DNA of 64,000 bases, taken from assembly GCA_965238075.1 (NCBI GenBank), contig OZ250173.1:1376001-1440000 (forward strand), read 5' to 3'. A program made the position numbers and the translations under genes. Shown piece after piece: positions 18,907-29,747 of this stretch. The notes beneath the pieces were generated by a model. The model was not told the DNA's origin and did no database searches. It saw only the letters and a program-made list of their open reading frames with translations. Within the stretch, counting starts at the first letter, position 1, and every line of letters starts with the position of its first letter. Source of the DNA: Candidatus Entotheonellaceae bacterium (GTDB taxonomy: Bacteria; Tectomicrobia; Entotheonellia; Entotheonellales; Entotheonellaceae).

Positions 18907-19623
18907 ATGAAGCTCTTGGTCTTTCAGCATATTGTGTGCGAACACCCCGGCTCGTTGCGGCAGTTCCTCAAGCGTGACGGCATTAAATGGGATGCGGTGG
19001 AACTGGACGCGAACGAACCGATTCCGGACCTGTCAGGCTACGACGCGATGTGGGTCATGGGCGGGCCGATGGACGTCTGGGATGTCGATGAGCACCCCTG
19101 GCTGATACCCGAAAAGGCGGCAATCCGAACCTGGGTGCGCGACCTGCAAAAGCCGTTTCTGGGGCTTTGTCTGGGGCACCAGCTTCTGGCCGATGCTCTG
19201 GGCGGCACCTGTGGGCCCCAGGTCCCGGCAGAAATCGGCCTCATGGATGTTGAGTTGACCGAGGCAGGTCTGACCGAACCGCTGTTTTCCGGCTTGGCCA
19301 CCAGGCAGAAGTGCCTGCAATGGCATTCGGTGCGGGTAGCTCAGCCGCCTGAAGGTGCGGTTGTGCTGGCGTGGTCGCCGGCGTGTCCTGTCCAGGCGAT
19401 GCGCGTCGGGCCGAACGCCTGGTCGATGCAGTATCACGTGGAGGTAGAGCCCGATACCGTGGCCAATTGGTCTGCTGTTCCCGCTTATCGCGACGCATTG
19501 GTCAGCGTCATGGGCGAGGGCGGGATGGGAACCCTGTCGCACGGTGCTGCGGACAACATGGCGGGTTTTCTGGCGAGTGCGGCAACGCTCTACGACAACT
19601 TCATGCGCCTTGCCAGAGCATGA
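18907..19623 (+). CDS. Type 1 glutamine amidotransferase (GMP-synthase-like, stand-alone)
   Basis: FQHIVCEHPG, VMGGPMDV, GLCLGHQLLA, QWH, MQYHVE. Confidence 0.88.
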   Translation: MKLLVFQHIVCEHPGSLRQFLKRDGIKWDAVELDANEPIPDLSGYDAMWVMGGPMDVWDVDEHPWLIPEKAAIRTWVRDLQKPFLGLCLGHQLLADALGGTCGPQVPAEIGLMDVELTEAGLTEPLFSGLATRQKCLQWHSVRVAQPPEGAVVLAWSPACPVQAMRVGPNAWSMQYHVEVEPDTVANWSAVPAYRDALVSVMGEGGMGTLSHGAADNMAGFLASAATLYDNFMRLARA

Positions 19624-19703
19624 GTAGCCTTGCTCCAAGCCTTGAATGGATTACACGCGGATAAACCACGCCTGATGGAATAACGAAAAGAAAGAATCGC
19701 AAC

Positions 19704-20087
19704 ATGATCGCCGTCATATTCGAAGTACAGGTCGCCCCGGCACGCAAGCAGGACTACCTCGACATTGCAGCAGCGTTGCGGCCCATTCTGGAGCAGGTCG
19801 ACGGCTTTCTGTCCATCGAACGCTTTCAAAGCCTGACCAACCCGGAAAAACTCTTGTCGCTTTCATTCTTCCGGGACGAGGAGGCCGTTCGGAACTGGCG
19901 CAATTTGAGCCAGCACCGGAGCGCTCAAAGCAAGGGGCGGGACGGTATTTTTGCCGACTATCGCTTGCGTGTGGCCGGCGTTATCCGCGATTACGGCATG
20001 TTCGAGCGCGACGAAGCGCCTGGGGACAGTCAGGCCACGCACTCGAGTAAAGAACACCTTGACCCGTCCGACCTATCCGCTCCCTGA
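19704..20087 (+). CDS. Antibiotic biosynthesis monooxygenase family protein
   Basis: MIAVIFEV, DGFLSIERFQSL, LSLSFFRDEEAV..WRN..HRSAQ..GR..FADYRLRVA. Confidence 0.88.
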   Translation: MIAVIFEVQVAPARKQDYLDIAAALRPILEQVDGFLSIERFQSLTNPEKLLSLSFFRDEEAVRNWRNLSQHRSAQSKGRDGIFADYRLRVAGVIRDYGMFERDEAPGDSQATHSSKEHLDPSDLSAP

Positions 20088-20172
20088 GAAATTTCAGCAC
20101 GGTTTGCGTATCAGAAACCTGAAGTGGCACGCCCATGGAAGCCCGTTTCATCAGCCTATCAGCCGGGCGAGA

Positions 20173-20619
20173 CTACAAGGCCTTCAGGCGCTCCAGATTG
20201 GCCGCCCTCAACTCGGCCTCGGTGTGACCGAAGTCATAGGCAGGCGACAGGATCACTTCAGCCGCCGAAACCTCGATGACCACGAACGCAGACATAGACG
20301 GCACGTAATCCCCCCACGCGTCGTTGAAGGCGTCCCGCAGACGTTGTGGTGCCTCTGACTTATCAATGATGGAGCCTTTTCCCGTCACCCGGATTGCCTT
20401 GCGAGAGAGGACGTCGGTGAAGCATATCTCCACCGACGGGTTGGCGCGCAGGTTGGCCAGCGTTCCGGGGGACCGCAGATTGCCGAACGCCAACGTTTCG
20501 TCATCGACGATGACAAAGGTGGCCTTGGGCGACACCGAGGGCGTTCCGTCCGCATTGATGGTCGCCACCGATCCGGCCGAGAAGGTCCGGATCAGCGATT
20601 TCATTTCCTCAGTCAGCAT
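20173..20619 (-). CDS. Pyridoxamine 5'-phosphate oxidase family (FMN-binding split barrel)
   Basis: VATINADGTPSVSPK, RSPGTLANLRANPSVEI. Confidence 0.85.
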   Translation of the reverse strand: MLTEEMKSLIRTFSAGSVATINADGTPSVSPKATFVIVDDETLAFGNLRSPGTLANLRANPSVEICFTDVLSRKAIRVTGKGSIIDKSEAPQRLRDAFNDAWGDYVPSMSAFVVIEVSAAEVILSPAYDFGHTEAELRAANLERLKAL

Positions 20620-20628
20620 TTTTCGACA

Positions 20629-22179
20629 TCAATTGTTGATCCATTCCTTCATGAACCGCTCGTAGCACTCGCGCTCACCGGGCATCTTCACCCAGCCGGC
20701 GAGGTGGCGGGCGGTAGCGAGGAGCAGGCGTTCCCGCGTGTGCGTCGAGTTGTTGCAATACTCTTCGAAGGTGGAGTGGGTGATCTTCTGATTATGCGGG
20801 TCGTCCTGGAACTTGCAGGCGGTGATGGCCACCGTCGCCATGTAGGATTTGCGGCAGGCGCCGGATCTCAGGTAGGCGTTGGCGATGGCGGTCGTGCGCG
20901 GCACGTCGAGCGCCAGAATCGCCTCGTCCAACTCGGTCAGCAGCTCGCTGACGGCGCGGCCCGAGAAGTCGAAGGGGGCGATTTCCTGCTCTATCACCGG
21001 TGTGGAAAGCGCGTTGCAGCGCGCCGAATCGTTGACGAAATTCGCCATCAGGTACAGCGCCCGCGGCTGGTACGGATTGTCGCTGGTGCGCAACCAGTAA
21101 TTAACCACGTTGCAGTAATCGAAGGCGTGCTGCGCGTTGGTGAATTGCCGCGCTACCGTGGTCCGCAGGATCAATTCGGCAGCACCGAGCTGGATGGTAT
21201 CCCCAAGGCTCTTCAGCGACTTGCCGGTGCGCAGGTGGTCGGTGATCAGGTTCCAGATAGTCTGGCCGTCGGCTTCCATGAGCAGCCGCACCATCTCCTC
21301 GCTCTCCTCCGGGGTGAGCGGTTCGCTGTTCGTTTGCTTGAGGCTCTTGCCGCCGTTCTCGAAGGCGTCGATGACGGTCACGCAGGCGGCGTCGTAGATC
21401 GAGTAATAAAGCGGCCCGATGGCCATGTCCGGCACGCCGATGTAGTACACGCCGTGCGCGCGCTCCCAGCCGATGAACTTGGCCAGATCCGTCGTCGCGC
21501 GGGCGCGCAACGCCTTGTGGCCGGTGTTGCGTGCCTTGCGGCCGATGATCGTGTCTTGCAGGTCGATAATGCCGAGAAAGAGTTGCTGATCCCGCAGCAG
21601 GGGCCGGGTCTGCTCGTCCGCCGCCAGGCCGAGATACAGGCCATAGGAGCGCTTCACGTCGCCGCTCATGGTGGCGATCATGTGCTCGTGCAGCCGCTCC
21701 TCCACCGATCCGCTGGTGACGATTGGCTCCTGATGCTCGTTCCACACCACCGGATCCTTGGCCGCGGGCGGCACCTCCAGCCCCTTCATCATGGCGTAGC
21801 GACCGGGGTACTGCCCGAGCAACTGGTTCCAGATATCGAGACCCGACGGGATGTACCAGACACTCTGCAGCAGCGGCAGCAGGCGATACGCCTCCGGCAC
21901 GTAGGACATGAGGCTCACCGAGGTGCGCAGGCCGAGAATCGTATGATCGTTGTTGATCAGCGTGATCTGGCCGTCGCGCACGTTGATATGGCTGGGCACT
22001 TGCACAAAGGGCGCCTCCGCCGCCGTTACTACGCTGAGCGCCTCGCCCACCGAGTGCCCGTGCCGGGCCACCATCTTGAAGAACAGATCGGTGGTGCGGG
22101 GTTGATCGCGCTCAAGAATGGCGTCGGTAAGTGCCTCAAAGCTGGGGTCCTGGCAAATCTCGTCTCGGGTCACTAGCAT
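20629..22179 (-). CDS. Hypothetical helical protein with four spaced His motifs
   Basis: 516-aa ORF with GGAGGG ribosome-binding site and host-like codon usage; motifs NNDHTIL, NTGHKAL, NAQHAFD, DDPHNQK. Confidence 0.75.
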   Translation of the reverse strand: MLVTRDEICQDPSFEALTDAILERDQPRTTDLFFKMVARHGHSVGEALSVVTAAEAPFVQVPSHINVRDGQITLINNDHTILGLRTSVSLMSYVPEAYRLLPLLQSVWYIPSGLDIWNQLLGQYPGRYAMMKGLEVPPAAKDPVVWNEHQEPIVTSGSVEERLHEHMIATMSGDVKRSYGLYLGLAADEQTRPLLRDQQLFLGIIDLQDTIIGRKARNTGHKALRARATTDLAKFIGWERAHGVYYIGVPDMAIGPLYYSIYDAACVTVIDAFENGGKSLKQTNSEPLTPEESEEMVRLLMEADGQTIWNLITDHLRTGKSLKSLGDTIQLGAAELILRTTVARQFTNAQHAFDYCNVVNYWLRTSDNPYQPRALYLMANFVNDSARCNALSTPVIEQEIAPFDFSGRAVSELLTELDEAILALDVPRTTAIANAYLRSGACRKSYMATVAITACKFQDDPHNQKITHSTFEEYCNNSTHTRERLLLATARHLAGWVKMPGERECYERFMKEWINN

Positions 22180-22222
22180 CTTTTCCCTCCAATTGACGGA
22201 TTAGGCGGTGCCCGCAAGCGCT

Positions 22223-22252
22223 GCAGGCCGAATCAACGCAGCGTAATCCGAC
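22223..22252. repeat. Degenerate REP-like palindrome
   Basis: gcaggccgaatcaacgcagcgtaatccgac, similar to GTAGGTCGGATTAGCGAAGCGTAATCCGAC at 62285. Confidence 0.5.
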
Positions 22253-22257
22253 GTTCC

Positions 22258-23334
22258 CTAACTGAGCCGGTCCGGCAATCCGAGCTCGCCGGTGATGCCG
22301 CGGAACCAGTCAATGACTTCCGGGTGATAGGGAATGCCCTTCTGCAGGCGCTCGGCTTCCTCCTCGTGCTCCAGCAAGCCGGCGTAGACCACGCGGTCGT
22401 GGCCCGGCGCCGTCGGCGAATCCATCAGGCCGCGCAGATACTCGTCCATGTCCTGCTTGAAGACGGCTACGTCGCCGAACGCGCTGATTTTATAAGCCAG
22501 AAAGTGGTGGGACGGCTCCTGACGACGGAACGGTCCGGCACCGCTGTTGCCGAGAACGCCGCAGAGGATTTCGAGCATCATGGCGAGCGAATAGCCCTTG
22601 TGGGCGCCGATCTCTCGGGTGCCGCCGAGGGGCAGGACCATCCACTCTTGCGGGATGGGGCCTTCGTCCATGATTGGCGTGCCGTCCTTTTCGCTGATCC
22701 AGCCGGGCAGAATTGAGACACCGAGGCGCTGCGCGAGCTGGATTTTGTTGCCGGCCACGGAGCTCATCGAGGCATCAAAAATGAATGGTGCCTCGCGGCC
22801 GGCCGGTGCCGCCACGCCCAGGGGGTTTAGGCCGACCATCGGTTTGGCGCCGTGCACCGGCACCAGCGCGAGGCCGCCGGTGGTCATGGCGAGGCCGATC
22901 ATGTCGTGCTCCAGAGCCAGGCCGGCGTGATACGCCGCGGCGCCGAAGTGGGCGCCGTTGGTCACGGTAATGGCGCCGATGCCGTAGCGCTCAGCCCGCT
23001 CGATGGCCATGTTCATGGCCTGCGGCCCAATCGCCAGGCCGTGCCCGCGGTCCGAATCCATCGTCGCCACGGCGGCGGCCTCGTGCAAGATCTTCGGCTC
23101 GGGCGTCGGGTTGATGACGCCTTCCCGGAACCACCTGACGTACAGCCGCATCATGTTGGACACGCCGTGCGAATCAATACCGCGCAGGTCGGCGTACATG
23201 AGGACGTCAGCCGCCTGCCGCGCGTCGGCCTCCGGCATGCCCATCTCCTGAAAGATGGCTTCCACCGTCGCCCGCATCTCTTCCTGCGGGACGCGCACGG
23301 CGATGTCTTCCGGGACTTGAAATCGTTCTAGCAT
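22258..23334 (-). CDS. Ldh_2 family (malate/L-lactate/ureidoglycolate-type) oxidoreductase
   Basis: ADLRGIDSHGV, AHFGAAAY, GLNPL, FIFDASMS, LPLGG...HKGYSLAMMLEILCG. Confidence 0.9.
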   Translation of the reverse strand: MLERFQVPEDIAVRVPQEEMRATVEAIFQEMGMPEADARQAADVLMYADLRGIDSHGVSNMMRLYVRWFREGVINPTPEPKILHEAAAVATMDSDRGHGLAIGPQAMNMAIERAERYGIGAITVTNGAHFGAAAYHAGLALEHDMIGLAMTTGGLALVPVHGAKPMVGLNPLGVAAPAGREAPFIFDASMSSVAGNKIQLAQRLGVSILPGWISEKDGTPIMDEGPIPQEWMVLPLGGTREIGAHKGYSLAMMLEILCGVLGNSGAGPFRRQEPSHHFLAYKISAFGDVAVFKQDMDEYLRGLMDSPTAPGHDRVVYAGLLEHEEEAERLQKGIPYHPEVIDWFRGITGELGLPDRLS

Positions 23335-23433
23335 CGTGGAGCCTCGTGGGGTGCAGGTTGTGAAACGTCAAGCAGGTGGGCCAGCCTTGGGCAGCGGCGG
23401 CCTAGAATAGAGGAAACGCCCCCACGGGTCAAT

Positions 23434-24324
23434 TCAGCGTACCAGCTCGGCCAACGCTTGCCGTTGCGCTTCGGGCAGGCCAGCGAGGTAGGCCATGAAG
23501 CGCTTCTCGACCCACGTCGCCCGCACGCCGCCCACGTAATCGCTGACCAGCGCCTTGGGGTGACCGCCGAAATACCCCGTCGTGATGACGCCGACGTATG
23601 AGCCGTCCCGCGCAAACACGCCACCGCCGCTCATGCGCCCGGCCGCCGACGCCTGCACGATGAACTGTTTGTCCGCGTCGTAGTGCGCGTCGTGTTGCCG
23701 AGCCTCCGCCGCAGAAAGAACCCGACCTACCGAATACATCAGCGACAGATTGCCGATCGCCGGCGCGCCCATCAGCAGGACTTCCTGGCCCGGTTGGATG
23801 CTCGCCACACCGGGCAAGCCCGCCTCGATAACATGCCTTATCCGGCCGCGGGCCGTCGGTTCGCCGTTCTCGGCCAGCGCAACGGCAAAATCCTTGTCGC
23901 GCGGCACCTCCTGTTCATACTCCTGCAATGTGATGGGCGGCGCAAACAGCACGCGTATCGGCTGCTGTACCGGCTTCGCCGATCTCAGGACCTCATAAGG
24001 CAACGCGTGCGCCGCGGTCACCAGCACGGCAGTGCCCCGCCGGGTGCGGTACAAAACGACGCCGGAGCCCTGCCCCACGTCCACCAGGCGCTGGTGGATG
24101 CCGCGTACCCAGTCATGGTCGGGATGCTCGGGTGCCGCCAGCACGTCGGCAACGGACCGCAGCCCTTTGCGGTCGAATCTGGCGCCGAGGTCCTCCAGAA
24201 CGGTGGGATCGATCCGGAACGCTGGCTCATCGGCGGGCGTTGGCACCTGTGCCAGAAACACGACGGCCAAGCTTAGGGTGAGGAATGGGATGAGACGCAC
24301 AACGCGTACCTTCGCCGCCGTCAC
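23434..24324 (-). CDS. Secreted trypsin-like serine protease
   Basis: N-terminal hydrophobic signal; triad motifs [35 protein letters not shown] start overlaps the SNF2 stop. Confidence 0.65.
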   Translation of the reverse strand: MTAAKVRVVRLIPFLTLSLAVVFLAQVPTPADEPAFRIDPTVLEDLGARFDRKGLRSVADVLAAPEHPDHDWVRGIHQRLVDVGQGSGVVLYRTRRGTAVLVTAAHALPYEVLRSAKPVQQPIRVLFAPPITLQEYEQEVPRDKDFAVALAENGEPTARGRIRHVIEAGLPGVASIQPGQEVLLMGAPAIGNLSLMYSVGRVLSAAEARQHDAHYDADKQFIVQASAAGRMSGGGVFARDGSYVGVITTGYFGGHPKALVSDYVGGVRATWVEKRFMAYLAGLPEAQRQALAELVR

Positions 24325-27254
24325 GTCAATAGCGCCAGCAAGTCTTCGCGCGTAACCGCGGCGGCGCCAGCGGCGTCGGCCAGCGCAACGTCAGCCAGCG
24401 CCCGCTTGTGCTGCTGCAGCGCCAGGATGCGCTCCTCCACCGTATCCCGCGCCACCAGGCGGTGCACCAGCACCGGGCGGGTCTGACCGATACGATGGGC
24501 GCGGTCGGCGGCCTGGTCTTCGACCGCCGGGTTCCACCAGGGATCGAGCAGGAAGATGTGATCGGCGGCGGTGAGATTGAGCCCGGTGCCGCCGGCGCGC
24601 AAGGAGATGAGCATGACCGGTGGGCCGCCATCGTCCTGGAAGCGCCGCACCACCTCGTCGCGCCGGCGTGTCTGGCCGTCCAGGCGGGTGAAGTCGATAT
24701 CGGCGGCGCGCAAGTGCGGCTCAACGCGATCCAGCAGAGCAGTCCATTGCGAAAACACCAGCGCCTTGTGGCCGTCGGCGACCGCCTCGCCGAGCACCTC
24801 CAGAAGCAATTCCACCTTGGCCGAGGTGCCCGCGTTTTGGCCCGGCACCAAGTCGCTGTGGCAGCTGGCCTGGCGCAGCCGCAGCAACGCCTCGAACGCC
24901 GCCATGACGTTGCCCCCGGCCTCCAGACGGGCCACCACGTCGTTCAGGGTGGCGGCACGCACCGTGTCATAAACGATGCGCTCGGCGTCGCTGAGCTCGC
25001 AATGCAGCACCCGCTCGGTGCGCGGCGGCAATTCCGGCGCCACTTCCCGCTTGCGGCGCCGCAGGATGAACGGTCGGATGCGCTCCCGCAGCCGCTCGGC
25101 CGCCTGCGGTTCGCCGCCGGCGATGGGCTGGGCGTAGCGGTCCTGAAAATCCTGCCGCCCGCCGAGCAGGCCGCGATTCAGAAAATGGAACTGGCTCCAC
25201 AACTCGTCGAGGCGGTTCTCGACCGGCGTGCCGCTCAGCGTCAGGCGGAACGCGGCGCGCAGCTCAAAGGCCGCCTGCGCCACCTGGCTGTCGGGATTCT
25301 TGATGTTCTGGGCCTCGTCGAGCACCACCGCGTCCCAGCTTTGCTGTGCCAGGCGGTCGCTGTCCAGGCGCAGAATGGCGTACGTGGTCAGGGTGACGTC
25401 GGCCTCGGCGTCCAGGCGGCGCTGCGGGCCGTGGTAGAGCGATTGGCGCAGACCTGGACGGAAGCGGCGAATTTCGTCGCCCCAGTGCGACAGCACGCTG
25501 GTCGGCGCCACCACCAGGGTGCGGCCGCGTACGGCGCACAGAGCCTGCAGGGTTTTGCCGAGCCCCATGTCGTCCGCCAGCATGCCGCCGAGCCCGGCTT
25601 GCCGGATGAAGACGAGCCAGTTGGCGCCGCTGCGTTGGTAGGCGCGCAACGTGGCCTGCATGTCATCAGGCAGAGGCGCTTCGGGGATGCCGGCGAAATC
25701 GTCCACGAGGGTGCGCAGCGAGCCGAATTCCGGCGGCGGCGGTTGCTCCAGTAACTCGCACAGGCGCGCCAGGTCGGGCAGGGCGAATTGGGGCAGCGCG
25801 CCGCTGGCGTCACGCGCCGCCAGCAGGTCGGCCACCCGGTGACCGAACTGCTCCAGCCATTCGCGCGGCAGGGGCGCCCAGCCGCCGCCGGACAGCGGCA
25901 CCAGCGACTCGCCGCTCTGCCAAGCGCGCAGCACCGCGGCGGCGTCCACGCGCCGCGCGGGGCCGCCGGACTCGGGTGGGCCGGATTGGAACCACATCTC
26001 GAAGTTCTGGAAATCGAGCCGCCCCTGCGGCACCAACTGCGGCATCAGCTCAAAGGCGGTGTGCCCGCTGCCGCGTATTTCGCCGCGCCAACCCTTGAGG
26101 CGCCTGGCGGCCCGCACCGCCGCCTCGCCGGTGTACTGCGCCTTGCGCCCGGGCACGAGTTGCAGCGCCTGTCGGAGCTGGCGCGTCAGCCGTTCTTCCG
26201 CCCGCTCATCACGTTTCGGCAGCGGCCCTTGCAGATGCACCAGGCGGTCGGCATCAACGCGGGCCAGGGGCGGCTGGCCGTATACCAGCGTCGGCAACAC
26301 GGTCAGGGCATCGCCGTCGCGGTGTACGTCCAGCACGATGCGCGGCGGCTCCTGCACCACCTGCGGCAGGCGCCGCGCGCGCACCTGCACCGGCAGACGT
26401 TTTTCCAGGGATGGCAGAATGTCGCTGAGCAGTTCGGTGAGTTGATCGCGGGTGAAATGGCGCCCTGCAGGGAGGTCGGCGCGTTCGCGGGCAGTGAGGC
26501 CGGGGTTGGCGACAGGCCGCAGCGTGTCGCCGCATAGCACCACGCCGTTGCCAAACGCCTCGGTGATAGCCGGGTCGCGCTCCACAAACAGCCGGAAGCC
26601 GTCGCCCTGCTCCTCCAGACAGGCTTGCAGGCCGATGAGCTTGGCGAGGGTTTTGATGGGGTTGCCGCCCAGTCGTACGTCCGGGCAAGACGCCAGCGCT
26701 TTCAGCAGCTTTCCCATCACCTCGCGCGGCAGGCGTCCACGCCGGTGTATGCCCAGCGACGATTCGACCGCCAGATCGGCCGGCGTGGCCGCCACCGCGA
26801 TGGATACCTGGCCCTGGAAACGCAGGCCGCCGGGCCTGGTGAGGCTCAGCGACAACGGCGATTCCAGGAGTTGCTCGCGGCCGTCGTAAACGACGTAGCG
26901 CTCGAAGCTCAGAGCGCCCTGCGAGCGCGTGAACGCATAGCGCAACCGGCCGCTGGCCTGCTGCGCCGCGGGGAGGGGCTTGCCCTCCTGCCGGGCGCGC
27001 CGAAAGGCAATCACCGCCGCGGCAACGTGCGCGCACACCGGCTCGTGGTGGCCGCAATCGCACAACCAGTCCTCGTCATCGGGCCACAACGTGACGGTGG
27101 GTTGCACGACCTTATCCTGCGCCACCACCTTGAGGACGATTTCCTCGCCGTCCGTCCGCTCGCTGAGCACGGCGTTGGCGCGGGTGAATTCCACGCCACG
27201 CGACCAGACGTGCGGCGCACAAGCCTGACGCACAACGTCGAACAGCGCTTGCAT
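24321..27254 (-). CDS. SWIM zinc-finger SNF2 family helicase/ATPase
   Basis: CDC..CAH (SWIM), [70 protein letters not shown]. Confidence 0.93.
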   Translation of the reverse strand: MQALFDVVRQACAPHVWSRGVEFTRANAVLSERTDGEEIVLKVVAQDKVVQPTVTLWPDDEDWLCDCGHHEPVCAHVAAAVIAFRRARQEGKPLPAAQQASGRLRYAFTRSQGALSFERYVVYDGREQLLESPLSLSLTRPGGLRFQGQVSIAVAATPADLAVESSLGIHRRGRLPREVMGKLLKALASCPDVRLGGNPIKTLAKLIGLQACLEEQGDGFRLFVERDPAITEAFGNGVVLCGDTLRPVANPGLTARERADLPAGRHFTRDQLTELLSDILPSLEKRLPVQVRARRLPQVVQEPPRIVLDVHRDGDALTVLPTLVYGQPPLARVDADRLVHLQGPLPKRDERAEERLTRQLRQALQLVPGRKAQYTGEAAVRAARRLKGWRGEIRGSGHTAFELMPQLVPQGRLDFQNFEMWFQSGPPESGGPARRVDAAAVLRAWQSGESLVPLSGGGWAPLPREWLEQFGHRVADLLAARDASGALPQFALPDLARLCELLEQPPPPEFGSLRTLVDDFAGIPEAPLPDDMQATLRAYQRSGANWLVFIRQAGLGGMLADDMGLGKTLQALCAVRGRTLVVAPTSVLSHWGDEIRRFRPGLRQSLYHGPQRRLDAEADVTLTTYAILRLDSDRLAQQSWDAVVLDEAQNIKNPDSQVAQAAFELRAAFRLTLSGTPVENRLDELWSQFHFLNRGLLGGRQDFQDRYAQPIAGGEPQAAERLRERIRPFILRRRKREVAPELPPRTERVLHCELSDAERIVYDTVRAATLNDVVARLEAGGNVMAAFEALLRLRQASCHSDLVPGQNAGTSAKVELLLEVLGEAVADGHKALVFSQWTALLDRVEPHLRAADIDFTRLDGQTRRRDEVVRRFQDDGGPPVMLISLRAGGTGLNLTAADHIFLLDPWWNPAVEDQAADRAHRIGQTRPVLVHRLVARDTVEERILALQQHKRALADVALADAAGAAAVTREDLLALLT

Positions 27255-27282
27255 CCGGTGCGGACTCCTTACGCCGCTGCGC

Positions 27283-27600
27283 TCAGGGCTGCGGCGCGAA
27301 ATCGGGCGACAGCATCAACCAGGTTTTCTGCGACACGATGAGCGGCTGTACCCGCGGCACGTAGTTCTGCTTCCACTCGTCCGAGCCGGTGACCTTGGCC
27401 TTCGCTTCCGCCATGTGGGCGTGGTCGCGGTAGGCCCAGATATGCACCACCTGGTTGAGTTCGCCGATGTCGCTGTAGTACCAGCCGGCCAGCTTGATGC
27501 CGTGACTGAGGCGCAGCGGCAGCGCCACGTCCTTGACGGCGGCCATATAGTCGGGAACGGCGCCGGGCTTCAGCGTGTACATGCGAAAGTCGTAGATCAT
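27283..27600 (-). CDS. NIPSNAP family protein
   Basis: [28 protein letters not shown]. Confidence 0.88.
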   Translation of the reverse strand: MIYDFRMYTLKPGAVPDYMAAVKDVALPLRLSHGIKLAGWYYSDIGELNQVVHIWAYRDHAHMAEAKAKVTGSDEWKQNYVPRVQPLIVSQKTWLMLSPDFAPQP

Positions 27601-27666
27601 TGTTGGGTCCCTTTTTAGGAAGAGTATCAAAAACTTCTCAGGATGCGTATCAAACCCGTATGGCGC

Positions 27667-28314
27667 CTACTCTAGTTCGAACACGCGACGAAACCAAGCC
27701 ACAAAGCGCTCGGCCACCGGACTGTCCGGTCGGAAATATTGCGCTCGGATGGCGGTGCCGTATGGCAAGCCGGGCTCGCTTTGCCACGCAAGCCAGGCAT
27801 GCAGCACGGCCTTCTTCTCGTCTACATTTCGGTAATTCGCTCCGTGACGACTTTTCGCTTGGGTTGTCGATTCCCGGGCGTGCGGGAGTAGCGGGTTCGC
27901 TTCCTTGACGAGGGTCCTGAGGAAGTCTTCCAGAGTGCCTTCCTGCTGGTTGTCCGGCATGAGCCAGACACCCACCCGAGTGCGATAGGTCTGGGATTCA
28001 CCCACGAATCCCTCGGGTGGGATGTCTTACGGTAGATCCACGCCCGCCTCTCGCAGCCGTGACGACATTGCCATCTATCGGTTCTGAAGCGACGAATCGG
28101 CGTCCAGCACGAAGCCGATTGCTCGGCCAGTGCTAGCGCTTACGCTGAGGCTCACGTTTCGAAGCAGTTTGTCTTTGTCGCCTGATTTTGTGATGCAAGG
28201 GAGATAATTTGGGAGGGGCCTTTCGTCATAACCAATGCCATGCCTGATAAGAAGATGCAGGATCGCATGCAGGTCGTCGTCACCTTCGACCCAAAGCCGG
28301 GGCCGTTCCGCCAT
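27667..28314 (-). pseudogene. DUF3226 (TOPRIM-like) protein with two in-frame stops
   Basis: LWVEGDDD...GFVLDAD...RVGVWLMPDNQQEGTLEDFL...KAVLHAWLAWQSEPG in one frame, with TAG at 28075-28077 and TAA at 28027-28029. Confidence 0.75.
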
Positions 28315-29420
28315 TACCGGACCTCGATATTTTGTTCAACGGCCGCCTGTATGTCCGTCGCGTCGAAACGGACGGCCTTGTCCAAAGCTCTCTCAATCTT
28401 TTGAGTAGAGACATCCTGGGCGAGGTCCGGGTGAGATTCGACCAGGGACGCAAGACCCCGGAGACAGTCGTAGCTGTGCGTGGTAGCGAACACCTGAACC
28501 GAGTTTCGTCGGGCCGTATCAATAACCAGCCGCCACATTTCTTCCATGACCGTCCAGTGCAGGCCCGTGTCGATCTCGTCAACCAGCACGACACCTTTTT
28601 CTGTCTGTATGAGAGACAGTGAGAGGGCGAGAAGCCGTCGCATTCCATCCCCATAACTGCCCAGAGGCACCCGTCGACCGCCCCCTCGGAATCCCAACAG
28701 AGCGCCAGCCCGACCGGAACGTGCCCGCGACGCGTCACTCGTCAAAAAGTGGATGGACTCAAGATTGTTCTCGAGGATCCTCATGGCAGCGATGACTTCG
28801 GATTCGCGCCCCTCCGTCAGCACCTTGTCCCACATCTCTCGCATGGGTTCGAGATCGAGCGATTCCGGTGTGACGAACTGAACGGGGGGTGGCGGCGTTC
28901 CAGTCTCGGACCACGGTCTCCGATATCGAAGATGTCTCGTCGACAGGGAGCCACTTTCGGTGACGGGAAGGGCGGGCATCTTGAGCGTATTCCCCTCCAG
29001 CTGGAGGACAAGAGGGAAGGACTGGTCTATCTCGTCGTCATCGAAGAGCGCGGACTGGTTCTCGAAATCGGCTAGATGGACCTGAACGGAGACCTGTCCG
29101 TAGTTGTCACTGGAGAGGCGAAAGCCTGTTCCTGGCTCAAGACGATGACTGAAGAAGCAATGTGAAATGTCCGGGCCTCCTTGTTGGTATCTCTCGCTGG
29201 CGTAATTGATCTCACCCCGACGATTTGCCGAACGTATGAGAACGAAAGGGTCCCCCTTCGATACCAGGAAATGTATGGCTTCCAGGATTGACGTTTTGCC
29301 GGAATTGTTCTTGCCGACCAAGAGATTGACACGAGTTAAATCGGCCAACTCGTAATCATTGAATCCGCGGAACTTGTGCAGGTGAAGAGTGCCAAGCATC
29401 TTGTCGTTCCTTACGTTCAT
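28314..29420 (-). CDS. AAA_21/ABC-type ATPase, partner of DUF3226
   Basis: Walker A GKNNSGKT, signature GDGMRR, Walker B LVDEIDTGLH, ATTHS; stop abuts the DUF3226 start. Confidence 0.88.
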   Translation of the reverse strand: MNVRNDKMLGTLHLHKFRGFNDYELADLTRVNLLVGKNNSGKTSILEAIHFLVSKGDPFVLIRSANRRGEINYASERYQQGGPDISHCFFSHRLEPGTGFRLSSDNYGQVSVQVHLADFENQSALFDDDEIDQSFPLVLQLEGNTLKMPALPVTESGSLSTRHLRYRRPWSETGTPPPPVQFVTPESLDLEPMREMWDKVLTEGRESEVIAAMRILENNLESIHFLTSDASRARSGRAGALLGFRGGGRRVPLGSYGDGMRRLLALSLSLIQTEKGVVLVDEIDTGLHWTVMEEMWRLVIDTARRNSVQVFATTHSYDCLRGLASLVESHPDLAQDVSTQKIERALDKAVRFDATDIQAAVEQNIEVR

Positions 29421-29747
29421 ACCAACCAGGCATCCTAACGATCACTGGTCCTGGGGCGCGACTCTAGGAACTCTGCAAGCGTTGGATTTTCAGATTGGTA
29501 GGGTCGAAGTGGGTCAAGCCGTTCCGAAAAACGCGCGGCAGCATGGAGGTACGGAACGGGCGGCAGAACTGTAGCGTCATCGTAATAAATTACCAGACAG
29601 GGCGCAACGGAACCGCCCGTACGCGCCGACATGCGGGCGTTTAGCCCTCGCGGGGTTGGTTTCAAAGCCAGTTGCGCGCGCGTATAATGCCCCGCCGAAC
29701 GCGTGACAATACCGCGTAACCAGCCAATATCCCGAAGGAATCTCGCA

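Noticed and set aside
3806-28077. Stop-codon reassignment or pyrrolysine, suggested by in-frame TAGs in the acetamidase and DUF3226 genes
   Set aside because: The two TAGs replace different expected residues (Tyr-like and Trp), DUF3226 also has an in-frame TAA, and TAG is the normal stop of many genes here.
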